A stretch of 64,000 nucleotides of DNA from a virus (lineage: Duplodnaviria; Caudoviricetes), in IMG/VR virus record IMGVR_UViG_3300044652_000025, positions 32,001 to 96,000 of that record; one strand, 5' to 3'. Below, piece by piece: positions 61,399 to 64,000 of this stretch (within the stretch, counting starts at the first letter, position 1; every line of letters starts with the position of its first letter). The notes under the pieces are model-generated. The model made no database searches and was not told the DNA's origin. It saw nothing but the letters and a program-made list of their open reading frames with translations. Position numbers and translations under genes: made by a program.

Positions 61399-63378
61399 TC
61401 ACGGCCGGGCGAAGAACTCCTCGACGTCGTCGAGGTTGCTGGTCAGCGGCGCCGGGGGCAGCGACCGGACGATCGCCTTCCCGTAGCCCTTGGTCTTGAC
61501 CCGGGGGTCGAGCAGGGCGAACACCCCGGTGTCGTTACGGTGGCGGATCAGCCGCCCGAAGCCCTGCTTGAGCACCAGGCTCATCTCCGGGATGGTGTAC
61601 TCGGCGAAATCGTTCCGGCCCGCCCGCTTGATGGCGTCGGTCCGGGCCTCCACGATCGGGTCGCTCGGCACCGGGAAGGGCAGCTTGTCGATCACCACCA
61701 GGGAGCAGGTCTCGCCCTGGAAGTCCACCCCGGTGAAGAACGACGCCGTGGCGAAGAGCACGCTGTGGACGTCGGCCTTGAACTCCTCCATGAGGGCCTT
61801 GTTGGGACGCTCGCCCTGGATCATCGTCCGGTGGGGGATCCGGTCGGCGATGGCCTCGTAGCACGCCTTCATCTCCCGGTTGGAGGTGAAGAGCAACAGC
61901 GCCCGGCCGTCGGAGTGCGTCACCAGTTCCAGCGCCCGAGCCGCCATCAGGGAGGACCAGGCCGCCCGGTTGGCCGGAGTCGGCTCCGGCAGGTCGGTCG
62001 GGACGTAGAACCGGGCCTGCGAGGCGTAGTCGAACGGGGTGCCCACGTCGATCGAGTCGAAGGCGTCGATGCCCAGCCGACCGGCGATGTAGTCGAACTT
62101 CCCGCCCACCGCCAGGGTGGCCGAGACCAGGACCGCCGTGACCCCCGCCTCGAAGAGATTCTCCCGCAGGTACGGGGCCACCGTCACCGGGGCGGTCTTG
62201 AGGACCAGGTTGCCGCGGTTGTCACGCTCGATCCAGCGGACCAGGTCGTCGAAGCTGGCCAGGATCATGGCCTTGAAACGGGCCACGGTGGAGGCCGTCC
62301 GCCGGGAGAGCCGCGTCCGGCGCTTGGCCACGTCGCCGTAGGAGTCGACCGGCACGCTCTGGAGGAGCGTGACGTCGGCCACCGCGGCGTGGAGGTCGTC
62401 GAGAGCGTTGGCCATGCCGACGAAGGCGTCGCCGTGCTCCAGGAGCACCGCCTCCCGGATCCGTAGCTTGTCGGTACGGGCGGCCTCGAAGGTCCGCTCC
62501 AGGTCCGAGAAGAGAACCGTCATCGCCGTGAGCACCGCGTTCCCGGCGGCCTCCAGGTCGTCGGCCCGAGCCGGGACGTGACGGCGACCGAAGTTGCGGA
62601 CCTCGCTCACCAGGTGGCTCACGCCACCGGTCTTGAACTCCGACCCGAGCGTCGAGGAGGCGTACTTCTCCACCTCGTGAGCTTCGTCGAAGATCACCAC
62701 GGAGTACTCGTCCAGCATGCTGGCGGCCCCGCCGGTGACCTCCCGGACGACCAGGTCGGTCAGCAGGAGGGCGTGGTTGACGACCACGACCTGCGCCGCC
62801 TTGGCCCGGACCCGAGCCCGCTGGGCGAAGCACAGGCCGACCTTGGAGCACTCAGCCGCCGTGCAGTCCTCGGAGTCGGCCGCCACCCGGCGCCACTCGG
62901 CGTCGGTGAGGGAGAACGGGAAGGACTCCCGGTCGCCGATGAACTCGGGATCGGTGGCCAGGTCAGTGGCCCGAGCGATGAACCCGGCGATCCCGGGGAA
63001 GTCCGCCGGGTCGACCGTCGCCGCCCGGTTGAGGCAGGCGTAGTTCGAGCGGCCCTTGAGGAGGGCGAAGGCGAAGGGGACGCCCAGGTGGTCCTGGAGG
63101 AACGGGACGTCAAAATTGGCCACCTGGTCCTGGAGGGCCTTGGTGGCCGTCGAGACGACGACCCGCTTGCCAGCCAGGATGGCGGGGATGAGGTAGCCGA
63201 GGCTCTTGCCGGTGCCACAGCCAGCCTCACCGAGGAGGTGACGGCCGGAGAGCACGGCGGCCTCGACGGCCGCGGCGAGCGCCTGCTGGGGCGGACGGCT
63301 CTCGTAGCCGGGGAGCGTCGCGGCGAGGACGGCCTCGGCCTCCGCGAACGTCCTGGGTCGTACTGCCGAGTCGGGCAA
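61399..63378 (-). CDS. dinG: DinG/YoaA-family helicase
   Basis: ESRPPQ, EAGCGTGKS, KGRSNYAC Fe-S Cys, DEAH, SATL, LFTS, GVD, QGFGRLIR. Confidence 0.95.
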   Translation of the reverse strand: MPDSAVRPRTFAEAEAVLAATLPGYESRPPQQALAAAVEAAVLSGRHLLGEAGCGTGKSLGYLIPAILAGKRVVVSTATKALQDQVANFDVPFLQDHLGVPFAFALLKGRSNYACLNRAATVDPADFPGIAGFIARATDLATDPEFIGDRESFPFSLTDAEWRRVAADSEDCTAAECSKVGLCFAQRARVRAKAAQVVVVNHALLLTDLVVREVTGGAASMLDEYSVVIFDEAHEVEKYASSTLGSEFKTGGVSHLVSEVRNFGRRHVPARADDLEAAGNAVLTAMTVLFSDLERTFEAARTDKLRIREAVLLEHGDAFVGMANALDDLHAAVADVTLLQSVPVDSYGDVAKRRTRLSRRTASTVARFKAMILASFDDLVRWIERDNRGNLVLKTAPVTVAPYLRENLFEAGVTAVLVSATLAVGGKFDYIAGRLGIDAFDSIDVGTPFDYASQARFYVPTDLPEPTPANRAAWSSLMAARALELVTHSDGRALLLFTSNREMKACYEAIADRIPHRTMIQGERPNKALMEEFKADVHSVLFATASFFTGVDFQGETCSLVVIDKLPFPVPSDPIVEARTDAIKRAGRNDFAEYTIPEMSLVLKQGFGRLIRHRNDTGVFALLDPRVKTKGYGKAIVRSLPPAPLTSNLDDVEEFFARP

Positions 63379-63464
63379 AGGATCCTCCTGGTCGGGAGAG
63401 AGATGGAGCGGCGGGACGGGGGACTGGGGATCCCCCGCCCGCCACTTATAGCTTACCCTATCTC

Positions 63465-63565
63465 TTAGAAAGTATTACAGTCCATCTGGGCAAATCTGTC
63501 AAGGTAAGCGATAGCCCCTCGAAGCCGTTCGGGATCATCACGGCACTGCCGACAGGCGATCTGCT
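63465..63565 (-). pseudogene. possible endonuclease VII C-terminal remnant
   Basis: RDDPERLRGAIAYL resembles the Endo VII tail; no upstream catalytic part in frame. Confidence 0.35.
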
Positions 63566-63877
63566 TCACCCAGTCTTCTCCCAGAGGACGTAGGGGCTCG
63601 CACCCCGCATCTGCCGGAGGCGATTCTTCTCGTCCAGCCAGTGCCGCGGCTCGCGCTCGTGGTAGCCCGGATCGGTCTGCACGATGGTGATGACCACCCG
63701 GTCCCTGGCGTGAGCCCGCACGATGATCCCGCCGCGGCGGTAGCAGTCCATCCCGTCCTTCTGGGTCCACGTCGCCTCGGGATCCTCCAGGGCCTCGACG
63801 ACCGCGGCCCGGGTCAGACCCATCTCCAGCATCCGGAGGTAGGCGTGCCGGTGAATGAACCAGGGGGCCTCACCCAT
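63566..63877 (-). CDS. hypothetical protein, RelE/DUF4258-like
   Basis: HAYLRMLEMGLT...EALEDPE...VVITI. Confidence 0.65.
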   Translation of the reverse strand: MGEAPWFIHRHAYLRMLEMGLTRAAVVEALEDPEATWTQKDGMDCYRRGGIIVRAHARDRVVITIVQTDPGYHEREPRHWLDEKNRLRQMRGASPYVLWEKTG

Positions 63878-64000
63878 CGAGCGCCCCCTCCCGCATCAGC
63901 TTCTCGGCCAGAGCCGCCCCGGCAGCCGTGAAACGCTGCTGGGTGATGTCGATCCGGTAGCGAGCGATGGCCTCCCTGGCCAGCATGGTGCCGATGCCCT

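Noticed and set aside
1044-63468. Long plus-strand ORFs (e.g. 46871..48463, 53621..55090, 56155..57900)
   Set aside because: Antisense shadows of high-GC minus-strand genes with no recognisable motifs
1-64000. tRNA, rRNA, integrase and capsid/tail genes
   Set aside because: None recognised by eye in this window; a tRNAscan/HMM run would be needed to exclude them

Overview
High-GC, densely packed genome segment of a large tailed phage infecting an actinobacterium, possibly an Acidimicrobiia host judging by the endolysin repeats. It is almost entirely encoded on the minus strand. 1-18 kb: short early/accessory genes split into modules by a recurring sigma70-like promoter, including thyX, HNH nucleases and a RapZ-C-like protein. 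18.6-23.5 kb: a 1640-aa polyvalent effector protein. 23.5-28.7 kb: membrane genes, whiB, a methyltransferase and the large terminase. 32-64 kb: ParB-like protein, endolysin, RuvC, Cas4-like nuclease, RecA, DnaE, SSB, primase, NrdJ, intein-containing DnaB, a DnaC-like loader and DinG. The standout is a self-contained operon at 28741-31661: promoter, Cas7/RAMP-like gene, non-coding array, accessory gene, second array, terminator. The arrays hold 28 units of the form GGCA + (GGY-like triplet + variable NN)n. Reading only the NN dinucleotides as codon positions 1-2 spells protein motifs, and three units closely match this phage's own RAMP, accessory and terminase genes. This points to an RNA-guided system with a gapped, wobble-skipping recognition code. 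From memory it resembles the recently described VIPR systems, which I cannot verify here. All family calls are from motif recognition by eye, not database searches.
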